The notes below the pieces were generated by a model, which was given only the letters and a program-made list of their open reading frames with translations, had not been told where the DNA came from and did no database searches. A program made the translations under genes and the position numbers. Below, piece after piece: positions 1 through 12,200 of a stretch of 64,000 bases of DNA. Within the stretch, counting starts at the first letter, position 1, and every line of letters starts with the position of its first letter. Source of the DNA: Podarcis cretensis (lineage: Eukaryota); contig OX638152.1 in the NCBI GenBank assembly GCA_951804945.1, positions 97,588,001 through 97,652,000 of the forward strand, read 5' to 3'.

Positions 1-1575
1 ATGCTTGACAGCATATGTGCTTCCTGTGTTTTAAATATCAGGAAACACTCTGCTTTTGAATCTGTAATGACTGTTCCTTGAAAAACCATGCAACTGTTGC
101 TGTGAACAGAGTGTCTAAGGAAATGCCATGAAATAGCTGCCAATTCTGTAGCAAGAGACACTTTTTTTCCTTGCAGAGGAAGAAAGTCTTTCTAAATACA
201 GTCCTCTTTCTGTTTCTGGAGTTCTGTAGAACTTTGAGAATGCCTCCACTGTTCTGCTGAAATGCTAACAAGGTACCACTTTGTTACATATGGAATAGGA
301 GAAGCTTCTAGCTTGCTAAATCTTAAAAAATTCATAAAGAAAATATTCATGCAGCTAGTGTGTTATGTGTATAGCGTTTCATCTTTCGGGGGAAATTTAC
401 TAGCAGAATAGCTTCAGCTTTTTATATGTGAGATGTGTGGCAGAACTAATACTATTCACAGGCTTCTGCACTTGAAGTATTGTACTGCTATGTATTCCCC
501 ATTTTCCGTATCCAAAATGGATATGGTGGTCAACATAAGTTTGCATCCCGTGGTGGTTATGTGCTGCTGTAATGCATATCCCATCAAATGAAAATTGGCT
601 GCCCTACCTTGTCCATTCCCACCACCACCTACCATGGTCGCTTGAATGCTCCAAAAATTGTATGTATTCAAACTCCAAATGGAGAATTTTTTATATTACG
701 GGAGCATGCCATATTTTCCTTTGATAGGTCAACGCTAAAAGTAAATAAATGAACTATTGGGTTGTATTTTTTCTAAACCTGTGAGATCAAGCTGATGTTG
801 AAGTTCAAGTAGAAAGTCACCTTTATAATGAACAAATTTCTTATCCATACTCAAGTCTTTGAAATTTGAAATTATTGCAAAAAATTCTACTGTCGTAAGA
901 AAGGATGCTTTTTATGCTTAATAGTCATGATGGAGAATGTGATTTCTGAGGATTCTAGGGCTTGAACACTTGTGATTAGAAGTGTTGGTAGAATTGCTTA
1001 AACTGTTCTTGGCAAACCAGTTAGCCATTTTTCTGCCTGTTATAGTAATTGTAATGTGCTCTGCTAGGTGCTGTATGGTTTTTAATTATATTTTATTACT
1101 TCTTTCATTTCTTTTACTGTAGTTTATTATATTTCAGTTTGCATTCCATCAAATTCAGATTGCAAATCAATAAAATGTAATATAAGAAATAAAAGAAGCA
1201 GTCAAATACAATTGTAATCAATGTAAACATGCTGCAGACTACCAGAATGAAGTTTGTGGAGCTCTAGTGGTCCATGGACCACAGTTAGAAAATTTGTGCT
1301 CTTAACCCTCTTCTCCAAGCTTGCAGTACTGGCAAATGCTTCTCTAGTAGATGTCATTGTCCCCTGCCCAAACTGAAGTGTGTGTCTTTGTGGGGGGAGA
1401 GGTGATAGATGCACTCCCTGTCTTGGTTTTTCTTGGAATTTTCAGTGTGTCCTGTTCATGAATGCATGGAGCAATTGATAACTACAGAGGCATATCTGAA
1501 TTCTATTTAGAATCAATGCAAAAACAGAGAGAGCATACAGTCCCTAAACCTCACGCTCTCCAGTCCAGGTAATCA

Positions 1576-2399
1576 TTTATTTATTTTTTTATAATAATTT
1601 TTATTAGTTTTCCAATTTTAAAACAAAACAACCACAACAACATAAAAACATCGACAAATACAAACAAACACACAAATATAAGTTCTTAACCTCATTTTCA
1701 TAAGCCTCCTTTCTTGGACTTCCCCATACCTCACCCTTTTTACATCCTTATTTTACAATTTTTCAGCAACCATTTTAGCCAATTAAATTTAAATTTGTTA
1801 TCTTTCTCAATTTCACCTTAAATCATCAAACATTTTCGGCTGTAATTCTGCATCTTCCTTCCCCTTGACATTTTAACACTCATCAATATTGTAACAGTTC
1901 TTAAGATAAGCTTTGAATTTCTTCCAATCTTCCTCCACCGTCTCTTTCTCTTGGTCGCGGATTCTGCCAGTCATTTCTGCCAATCCCATAAAGTCAATCA
2001 CTTTCGTCTGCCATTCTTCCAGTGTGGGGAGTTCTTGTGTCTTCCAATACTTTGCTAGAAGGATCCTTGCTGCTGTAGTGGCGTACATAAAAAAAGTCCT
2101 ATCCTTCCTTGACACCAATTGGCCGACCATGCCCAAGAGAAATGCCTCTGGTTTCTTATGAAAAGTACATTTAAGTACCTTCTTAATTTCATTATAGATC
2201 ATTTCCCAAAAGGCTTTAATCTTTGGGCAGGTCCACCAAAGGTGAAAGAAGGTACCTTCAGTCTCATTACATTTCCAACATTTATTATTGGGCAGATGAT
2301 AAATCTTCGCAAGTTTGACTGGGGTCATGTACCACCTGTAAATCATTTTCATAATATTTTCTCTTAGGGCATTACATGCCGTGAATTTAATACCGGTGG
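1576..2399 (-). mobile_element. 5'-truncated L1/Tx1-clade LINE: 3' end of ORF2 (Cys/His zinc-binding region), 3'UTR and A-rich tail
   Basis: ORF 1873..2352 CWKCNETEGTFFHLWWTCPKIKAFW; perfect 17-bp TSD tccagtccaggtaatca at 1559-1575 and 2400-2416. Confidence 0.9.
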
Positions 2400-2633
2400 T
2401 CCAGTCCAGGTAATCAGGTCATTTTATAGGTAATTGTTTGAATCTTCCATAAGACCTTCCTTCTGTGTAAGGACTGGATTATCCCTTTTTCTGAATGCCC
2501 ATCCAAGGTAAGCGTAAGGCAAACCTCCACTCCAGAGACAGCACCCTTTTCCTAAAGGAAGCGCCTCTCTTTTTGTTAAAAAGTTTTCTGTTTTCGTTTT
2601 GTTAATGATGTTTCTCTTTCTCCTTTTCTAAAG

Positions 2634-3230
2634 GTTCCAGATGTCATCAGCAGCATAAGACAGGTTTGCAAAGCAGCCCTGAAAGAGGACGCCAAGCCTA
2701 ACAAAGACAGCGAAGATGCCTTCTACAACTCTCAAAAATTTGAGGTCCTGTACTGTGGCAAAGTGATGGTGGCACACAAAAAGGCGCCTTCCAGCCTGAT
2801 TGACGACTGCATCGAGAAGTTCAACCTGCACGAGCGTCAGCGCCTGAAACTCTTGAGCGAGCAGAGGAATGCGGAATCTATCACGGATCTTATGGAGTGC
2901 GATGGAGAACTGCCCTCTTCTCCCTTGGACAGTCCCTTTGAGGAGGTGGACGGCCTAAATGGTGGTAGCCCCGGGATGTTCATAGTTGGAAGCCAGCCCA
3001 ACCTGGCCAGCTTGGCCAGCTCCCGCATCTCTTTCCCCGAGCGCATTTTGGAGGATTCAGGGTTTGATGAGCAGCAGGAGTTCCGATCCCGGTGCAGCAG
3101 TGTTACAGGTGTCATGCAAAGGAAGGTTCATGACAATAGTTTGAAAACACAATCCCGGAGACGTCACGCAAGTGCCCCCAGCCACGTCCAGCCTTCTGAC
3201 TCCGAAAAGAACAGGACAATGCTGTTTCAG
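2634..3230 (+). CDS. TBC1D4: TBC1D4 exon 2 (597 nt, phase 0/0): [10 protein letters not shown]...KNRTMLFQ; contains S318- and S341-type sites
   Basis: Acceptor ttttctaaag|GTT, donor CAG|gtatgc; in frame with ORF 2763..3341. Confidence 0.95.
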
Positions 3231-6200
3231 GTATGCTCTGTGTATAATCCAGAATATTCGCAGCCGGGAGGGTGGAGTGAATGGGAATGGATTGAGGTAG
3301 ACAAATTTACATACTGCTGTATCTTTACTTCATATCTTTAAGTTGGAGTCCTTTTGTACAAACATGCTTGGAATCTGATCACTGACAAACAACACAAGCT
3401 AGCAGGGGAAGATCCTTACACAGATCACTTATTAGTCCAAACAGACTCCCAGTCAACGCATCAAAGTTGGAGATGTACCAGCGATAGCTGCTCTAAATTT
3501 CTTGCCAGCTGCAGCTTGAACTTGCTCTCAGACAATAAGCTCTCTTATCAAAAGAAGAATAGTTTGGATTTGATATCCCGCCTTTCACTCCCTTTAAGGA
3601 GTCTCAAAGCGGCTAACATTCTCCTTTCCCTTCTTCCCCCACAACAAACACTCTGTGAGGTGAGTGGGGCTGAGAGACTTCAAAGAAGTGTGACTGGCCC
3701 AAAGTCACCCAGCAGCTGCAGGTGGAGGAGTGGAGACGCCAACCCGGTTCCCCAGATTAGAAGACTACTGCTCTTAACCACTACACCACAGTGGCTCTCA
3801 TCAGTAAAACAAAATGAATCTTAACATCAGTGTTTAGTGGTACAACCATGGTTTTCAGTCATAAGGCGAACAGAATAAGAGGCTGAAATTGTGCAATAGG
3901 TTGAAAGACAAGGTTCCCAACTTCTGATGAGTGGTCAGTGCTGTGTTAAGAGTTCTTCTGCTTTCATTTTATGTTATTTGTCTCCCTGTGCACTTGTCTC
4001 CATTCTGCAGCAGAACAGTGAATATTACCATGGTTTCTCAAGTCAGACATCATGCCAAACTACGGTTTGCTAACCTACTTCAGAACGTATTTTTCTCAGT
4101 CTGATTTGCTGGCCAGTAATCAACCATAGTTTATAGCTTGGACATTGCACCAAGCCATAGTTAAGCTACTTCAATTGTGCATTTGAACAGAGCTGAAAGG
4201 GAATGCAAGATAATGTACCATAGTAATCGAATACCTATTTTTGTGTGTGTGTGCATATGTATATATATATATATAGCATTCCCAAAGCAAATCCTGAATA
4301 AGCAAATAACTATTTCTTGATTCCTATCTGCCTTAGAATTTACAGTGGTGCCCCGCAAGACGAATGCCTCGCAAGACGGAAAACCCGCTAGACAAAAGGG
4401 TTTTCCGTTTTGGAGGCGCTTTGCAAAACGAATTTCCCTATGGGCTTGCTTCGCAAGACGAAATGTCTTGCGAGTTCCTGCAGGTTCCCCCCCCCTTTTT
4501 TCCCCTTTTCCTAAGCCGCTGAGCCGCTTAGCTGATCCGCTGACAAGCCGCTTATCAGCTGATCCGCTAAAAGCCGCTAAACCGCTAATAGCGCTAATCC
4601 GCTAAGCTGTCAATGGGCTTGCTTCGCAAGACGAAAAAACCGCTATACGAAGAGCCTCACAGAACGGATTAATTTCGTCTTGCGAGGCACCACTGTATAC
4701 CTAAAATAACCTGAAAAAGCAGGAGGCAAGATAAGGCTGTCATGCCAGTTCTAAGCATTGCTACACTGCATTGGGGAGAGTTCAGTCACCCAATAGCTTC
4801 CCCAAGCGCTCATTGTTGAAAGCACAGTTAGCTATGCATAGTTTTAATTTCCTAATAATACAACATTATCTTTTACAGTTAGTGGGGATCTGTGGTGATG
4901 CCACACCTCTGTATACCTTTCCTGAAGAGGCCTTAAAGGCTGTGCCACCACTCCTAAGTTTAGCAGGCAGGGTAAAACTATTCTTTTTCCACAGGTCTAT
5001 TAAATTTTCTGCTGACCAGGTAGATTACCGTTTAGGTTTTGTTGTTACCAGTATCTGATACAGGATCTTTGCAGAAGCTAAACAGGTCTGGATCTGTTTA
5101 GTGCATGGATGGGAGACTGTCAGGGAACTTGAATGACACAGCTTTGAGTTCCATGATAGAACTTAAGGCGGTACCTATTAAACAAACACAGCTTTGTTTA
5201 CAGTATAGCCCTGTTCATATTTACTCAGAAACAAATTTCCAATGTGACTTCCTCCCCAGTTTATGTTTTGGGCTGTAGCCTTTAATTGTGCTTTTAGTGA
5301 AACAATATTTTTACATATCTATATCTATATATCTGCACGTGTACAAACACAGAGATATTAAACAGCCCTGGCAACTATTTTTGGCAGGCAGATCTGTTAA
5401 GAGATTTTAAAATTAAAAATTACACTTAACGTTGCAGACTGTAGTCTACAAAAACACGTGCCATCAGTTCACAATCTTCAGATGCTGCAAGGCTCCTTGT
5501 TTTTATTACGAAACAGTGCAGTGCCTTACAGAAGTGAACCCGGTTGAGTTAAATGGAACTTTTCCCTAACAAGTGTGTATAGGACTATGGCCAACATGAA
5601 TGCTATTCCAGAATTTGCAGGCAATAGTTTATATCAGGGGTCGGCAAAGCTTTTGTGGTTTGGGCCAGTTCACGGTCCCGCAGTGGGCTGGAGTGTGTAT
5701 GCGCACACACACATGCACAAATGCTATTTCTGGTCTCCTTCCAGCGCAGAGGAGGCATACACAGCTTCCCATTGGCTACAGGAGCTTCCTGCAACCAATG
5801 GGAAGCCAGCCAGCATCGCAGAAGGCGGTCCCTGCTTTGCTCCGCACCGGTTTAGCACGGGAGCCGAACGAGCTGGCGGCGGGGGTCCATGGACCGGTTA
5901 AATGACCCCCCTGGGCCGCTTGTGTCCCATGGGCCTTAGGTTGCCGACCCCTGCTTTATATGCTTACTATGAATACCCCATTGATTCTCACTCGTTAGAT
6001 TGTCAGGAACTTGGGCTTTTATACCTGAAACTCAATTTTACTACAGCTAACCAGGAGACCCAGGACAGGGTTGGGCATTCACATGCATGAGAGAGAGAGA
6101 GAGCGGAGACTGTAGTCATCCACGCTGATCCATGCTGCTCAAAGCCATTTCAGCCCTTCCTTTACTGCTTCTGTTCCTCCCCTAGATATTTTTTAATCTT

Positions 6201-9200
6201 TCCTTACAAATAACTTGCTCCTTCATTTTATTCTCAGGCCTCTCCCCTCTCCCTTTTGTTACCTTTTTACTAAGGATTCATCTACAGTGGTCAGTTAAAA
6301 CATTATAAATGCATTATAAACCTCTGACATCAGAGGGTGCTATAGAGCACTGATCCATCGCCAATGTAAAATTGCATTGAGAGTTATATTACTTTTTTTT
6401 AAGCGTTTTTACAGGTCAGTGTAGATCTAGCCTCGGTCTGGGGCTAGCATTGCCATAAAGGTAAAGGTAAAGGGACCCCTGACCATTAGGTCCAGTCGTG
6501 GCCGACTCTGGGGTTGCGGCGCTCATCTCGCTTTATTCGCCAAGGGAGCCAGTGTACAGCTTCCGGGTCATGTGGCCAGCAGGACTAAGCCGCTTCTGGT
6601 GAACCAGGGCGGAGCACGGAAACGCCGTTTACCTTCCCGCGGGAGCGGTACCTATTGATCTACCTGCACTTTGATGTGCTTTCGAACTGCTAGGTTGGCA
6701 GGAGCAGGGACCGAGCAACGGGAGCTCACCCCGTCGCGGGGATTCGAACCGCCGACCTTCTGATTTGCAAGTCCTAGGCTCTGTGGTTTAACCCACAGCG
6801 CCACCAGCGTCCCTTAGCATTGCCATAGGCTGCTGCAAATCAGAGAGTTGTCTGTAACATATGCTGTATAGGTTCTCCTGGCCCAGTATGCAGATTATAA
6901 ATGGTAAAAAAAAAGTAATAATATGTTCAGCAAATGGAGCGAGAGGAGAAAACTTCACAAAATGAAATATAAATTTTGATAGGAAAATGTGATGGTTGGT
7001 AGGTTTTGACCTGTGAAGCCAAGTTTGTAGTTTGGAGCACTGAGGAAGCAATGGCTCTAAATAATGGAGCAGTATCTCTAAATTATGTTTTTGTTTGGTT
7101 GACCACCACCTTAAAAGCATACCAAAGCTAATTATATACTGAAAAAGATACTGTACATGTACATGTTCAACTGATAAAATAGCCAGCAATTTGATGTACA
7201 GAACTGCTGCGGGTGGCACTGTGGGTTAAACCACAGAGCCTAGGACTTGCCGATCAGAAGGTCAGTGGTTCGAATCCCCGTGACGGGGTGAGCTCCTGTT
7301 GCTCAGTCCCTGCTCCTGCCAACATAGCAGTTCAAAAGCACGTCAAAGTGCAAGTAGTTAAATAGGTACCGTTCCGGCGGGAAGGTAAACAGCGTTTCCG
7401 TGCGCTGCTCTGGTTCACCAGAAGCGGCTTAGTCATGCTGGCCACATGACCCGGAAGCTGTATGCCGGCTCCCTTTGCCAATAAAGCGAGATGAGCGCCG
7501 CAACCCCAGAGTCGGCCACGACTGAACCTAATGGTCAGGGGTCCCTTTACCTTTACTGCTTATAAAATTCCTTGTGACTTGTCCTGTTCACACTTACTTT
7601 CTGCTTTTGGTGTTTGTTAAATCTGTAAACTTGTGAGATTAGCTTCTGGATGACTGGTTAAGATGATCGTCAAGATCCCTTAAATTGAAAATATTTGCAG
7701 GCAAGGTTATTCCTCAGCATTTAGAGCAAATTCATCAATGTGTATTCTTAAACTGCATGCTGATGCTGTTCCTGGTTCCTCTTGACTATTTTTCTGTATC
7801 TTATAATTCCCATTATTCATCTTCTGTCACCTAGTTTTATTCTGAATATTTCCAGTTGCCTTGACTTTTTGGAACATTTGAGAGGCTTCTTGTTACTGAG
7901 ACTTCAAGCCTGTGTCTTCTGTGGGAGCTTGCATGACTGACTACTCATCCCATAGATAAAATGGAATCCTGAATAAAACAAAAGCAAAGCACTAGTGAGA
8001 CTGAGTATATTATATGCCTGTTCCTCTTTCTCTATTCCAACTGCTTTCAGGTGGCTTAGCAGAACTGTCACCCTGTCCTCAATCATTACTGTTGGTATAA
8101 CATCAGTTTTTGATACTCTTCCCTTTGATAAACAGGCACGAGTAAAAATTTCTGGCGCCTCAAGTCTCAGGAATAGCTATTTGTCCATGATGTTCTGAGT
8201 GCCTTAACATGTTGTTGTTGTTGTTTTCTCTCTTTTCAAGGTTGGTCGATTTGAAATTAACCTCATCAGTCCAGATACGAAATCGGTTGTGTTTGAGAAG
8301 AACTTTAAAGATATCTCCTCATGTTCTCAGGTGGGTATCCAAGCTAGGTTAATAGCATTTGGATAAAACAGGCTGGGCATCTTCAGAATAAAAACAGGTT
8401 TGGAAAATTAAGTGTAAGCAGAAGGACTGAGGTGGGAGGAACTATTTGTTAACATCTGCTTAGTTGTTCCTGCTTTTTACTGTAGAATTAAGGGAATTCC
8501 AAAGAATTATCCTGCAGTATCAACAACAGAGACATCTGTTAAGTTTCATGCTGTTTGCTGCTGATTTCTCATTTCCACTCCTCCTTGTTGTAATAATTTT
8601 TTCTTAGAACATTTAGAACAACAATTTGAAATTAATAATAAAATAAAATTGAATGATCAGTGGGTACTTTTGACATGACGCTTTGCCTACTTATTGAAAG
8701 AGAAGTTTCAGTTCATTCTCTTTATTAAGGTAATTGCAGGTGAAAATCTTAACTGTTCTTCACATCTAAAATTAAAAGTATCAAAGAGATAAATGATGAA
8801 ATAGCGCGCTGGGATATTTCTTGATCATTCCCCTGCCCCCCAAAATGGGGTCTCGTCGTGACAGCTAATCCTGTTACATGTGCAAAACAGATGGACCTGA
8901 CCAGTGAATGTGCATTGTGATAGAGATAGTGAGATACATGCTTCTGTGGGCTTTGTGTATGGAAGGCAGTTTCTGCTTGCAATTCTCAGTTGCTCGGTTG
9001 CAGCCACTATTTTCCAGCAAGACCTGCAGGCAAATACCTTCATCACGTCATCATCTTTCGAGGTGGTTACTGCATTCTTAGTTTTCTCATCACCGGTTTT
9101 AGAGTTCTCAAGCATGCATTCTCTTGGACTAAAATAGCAACGTCACTTCCAACCGGCTGTTTTCTAGTGACTGACACTTTTGCAGGAAGGTTGCATGCAT

Positions 9201-12200
9201 TGAACTTGTACAAGCAGATCACAAATATCAAAACATATTAGTATGGCGTTGCTTGTCAGAAGCAGCTGTGAGAGTTTCCCTGTACTGAGAACAATAAAAG
9301 AAACTCACCTGTTGTTCTTGGGATGTTGAAAAACCTTCCCAGGGAAGAACTAAGAGGAGAGAACCTAACTGACAGTCACACCAGTTTTAAGTTTTAGGGT
9401 TTTCCCCCTTACACACAGTTGTCTCACTTACTGTATTGTGGTAAGGAGCAACCCTGTGGTTACTTTCACTCCCTTAGTGCTGGTGAAGGAAAGAGAATCG
9501 TCTGCTTGCTTTTGATTCAGTATGAATTTCTGCTCCATTTCTGTTGATGTCTGAAGTCCTTGCACTTCTCTTCTGCAAGGACTTTATGATATAACTAAGA
9601 GGGATCCACAAGATGGTGTTGGACTACAACTCCCAACTGCTCTGGTCAGCATGACCGGTGATAATGTATGGGGAGAGCTATAGACCAGCAGCACATGGAG
9701 GGTTGTAAACTGCTGGCAAAAACCTTTACATGTTTACTCAGCCATAACCCCCACTGAGTTCAGTAGGACTTAACTCACAGATAGGCATGCATAGGATTGC
9801 AGAATGAATACCTTCCTCCTTTAAACTGTTTAGTGTGGTCAGTGCTGTTCTTGGCTTCTTAAAATCACTTTATTTTTCATGTTTTCCATTTTCCTACAAA
9901 ACTACTTCAAACATAATCATCATTATTTTATTATTTATGCCCTGCCCATCTGACTGGGTTTCCCCAGGCACTCTGGGCGGCTTACAGCATATATAATACA
10001 CAGTAAAACATCAAATATTAAAAACTTCCTGATACAGAGCTGCCTTCAGATGTCTTCTAAAAGTTATGTACAGTGGTACCTCGGGTTAAATACGCTTCAA
10101 GTTACATATGCTTCAGGTTACAGACTCCACTAACCCAGAAATAGTACCTTGGGTTAAGAACTTTGCTTCAGGATGAGAACAGAAATCGTGTTGCGGCGGC
10201 AGCGGGAGGCCCCATTAGCTAAAGTGGTGCTTCAGGTTAAGAACAGTTTCAGGTTAAGAACGGACCTCCAGAACGAATTAAGTACGTAACCAGAGGTACC
10301 ACTGTAGTTCTTTATCTCCTTGACATCTGATGGGAGAGCGTTCCACAGGGCGGGCGCTACTACCAAGAAGGCCCTCTGCCTGGTTTCCTGTAACCTCACT
10401 TCTCGCAGGGAGGAAGGCCAGAAGGCCCTTGGAGCTGGACCTCAGTGTCCTAGCTGAACAATGGGGGTGGAGACACTCCTTCAGGTATGCAGGGCCAAGG
10501 CCGTTTAGAGCAGGCATCCTCAACCTTTGGCCCTCCAGATGTTTTGGACTACAATTCCCATCACCCTTGACCCCTGGTCCTGTTAGCTAGGGATCATGGG
10601 AGTTGTAGGCCAAAACATCTGGAGGGCCGCAAGTTGGGAGTGCCTGCTGTAGAGCTTTAAAGTACCAACACTGGACCATAAAGAAGGCTGATCGCCGAAG
10701 AATTGATGCTTTTGAATTATGGTGCTGGAGGAGACTCTTGAGAGTCCCATGGACTGCAAGAAGATCAAACATATCCATTCTTAAGGAAATCAGCCCTGAG
10801 TGCTCACTGGAAGGACAGATTCTGAAGCTGAGGCTCCAATATTTTGGCCACCTCATGAGAAGAGAAGACTCCCTGGAAAAGACCCTGATGTTGGGAAAGA
10901 TGGAGGGCACAAGGAGAAGGGGACGACAGAGGATGAGATAGTTGGACAGTTTTTTCTCGAAGCTGTCCAAACTACGGGAGCAAGTGGAAGACAGGAGTGC
11001 CTGGCGTGCTCTGGTCCATGGGGTGATGAAGGGTCGGACACAACTAAATGACTAAACAACAACCAACACTTTGAATTGTGCTCAGAAACATACTGGGAGC
11101 CAGTGTACCAAGACCAGTGTTATGTGGTCTCGGCGGGCCCCCCCCAGTCACCAGTCTAGCTGCCACATTCTGGATTAATTGTAGCTTCTGAGCCACCTTC
11201 AAAGGTAGCCCCGGGTAGAGCGTGTTGCAGTCTCGGCCGGCATACCAGATGAGCATACAAATTTTATACATGTACCAGTGTACACAAATAAACACTGCAT
11301 GTGACCCATTTCAACTCAGGCTGAGGCTGCCGCCATTTTCATTTTGTATGCTGGGGCCTAGAAGTCAGGAGCTATGCCAAGTAGAGACTTAACTATTTCG
11401 TATCTTCTCATGCTCCCCTCAGAAAGAAAGGACACAAATCATTTTGGGTTCCTTCTTGATTCACAGGGCTTTGGGGGAGTGTCATAAATGTATACTGAGA
11501 GGAGGAATAGGCAGCGGAAGCATAAACAAAAGTCAGAAAAATGATCCTGACTCTTCTGTGTAGTAATTCAAAATAGTGATCTGTTTGCTTTGTTTCGTTT
11601 TTGGAGATGTGTGTTGGAGCAAGGAGCATCACATATTCAGAAATGTTTGTATATATTTATACGCTCTCTTTAAAACCACAAAAGGATCATGGTTTTTCTA
11701 TCTATATGATTGGGAAGCACTATACAGGAAAAGTAGGTTTAGTTACTCCTGATTTTTTAAAAAAATGCTAGAGTCCTAATGATCAGTAGTTGATGAGCAT
11801 CAAATAATTTTTTACTGTATGTTCAGCTTTTCGTTTTATTTCTCTCCAGGGCATAAGACACATAGATCACTTTGGTTTTATTTGTCGGGAATCTGCGGAA
11901 CCTGGGATCAATCAGTATGTTTGCTATGTGTTCCAGTGTGCAAGCGAATCTCTGGTAAGTCACTACTGTGTACTGTATTCTTCCGTTCATCTAGTGATTT
12001 GTATCTCAAGAGCTATAAAACTTCAAAAATGTGGTAAGATATTTGTGTTCCCTTTTTTTTTTTTTTTGGACACAGGCCAAATCCATAGCGTGATCTCCTT
12101 GTGACTCTTAGTTCTGGACAGTGGGGGGAAAAGCAGCACACGCTTCTAGTCTTTGTTTTCCTTCCCACATCCTATGGCAGTAATTTCATGTGCCAGGGCA

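Larger units (their letters stand above)
9924..11232 (-). mobile_element. L2-clade LINE 3' fragment hosting three nested insertions
   Basis: Peptides [23 protein letters not shown] and [16 protein letters not shown]; colinear with the uninterrupted copy at 21925-22740. Confidence 0.8.

Noticed and set aside
6325-6343. CTCF-like TGACATCAGAGGGTGCTAT
   Set aside because: Mismatches at core positions; too weak to call without data
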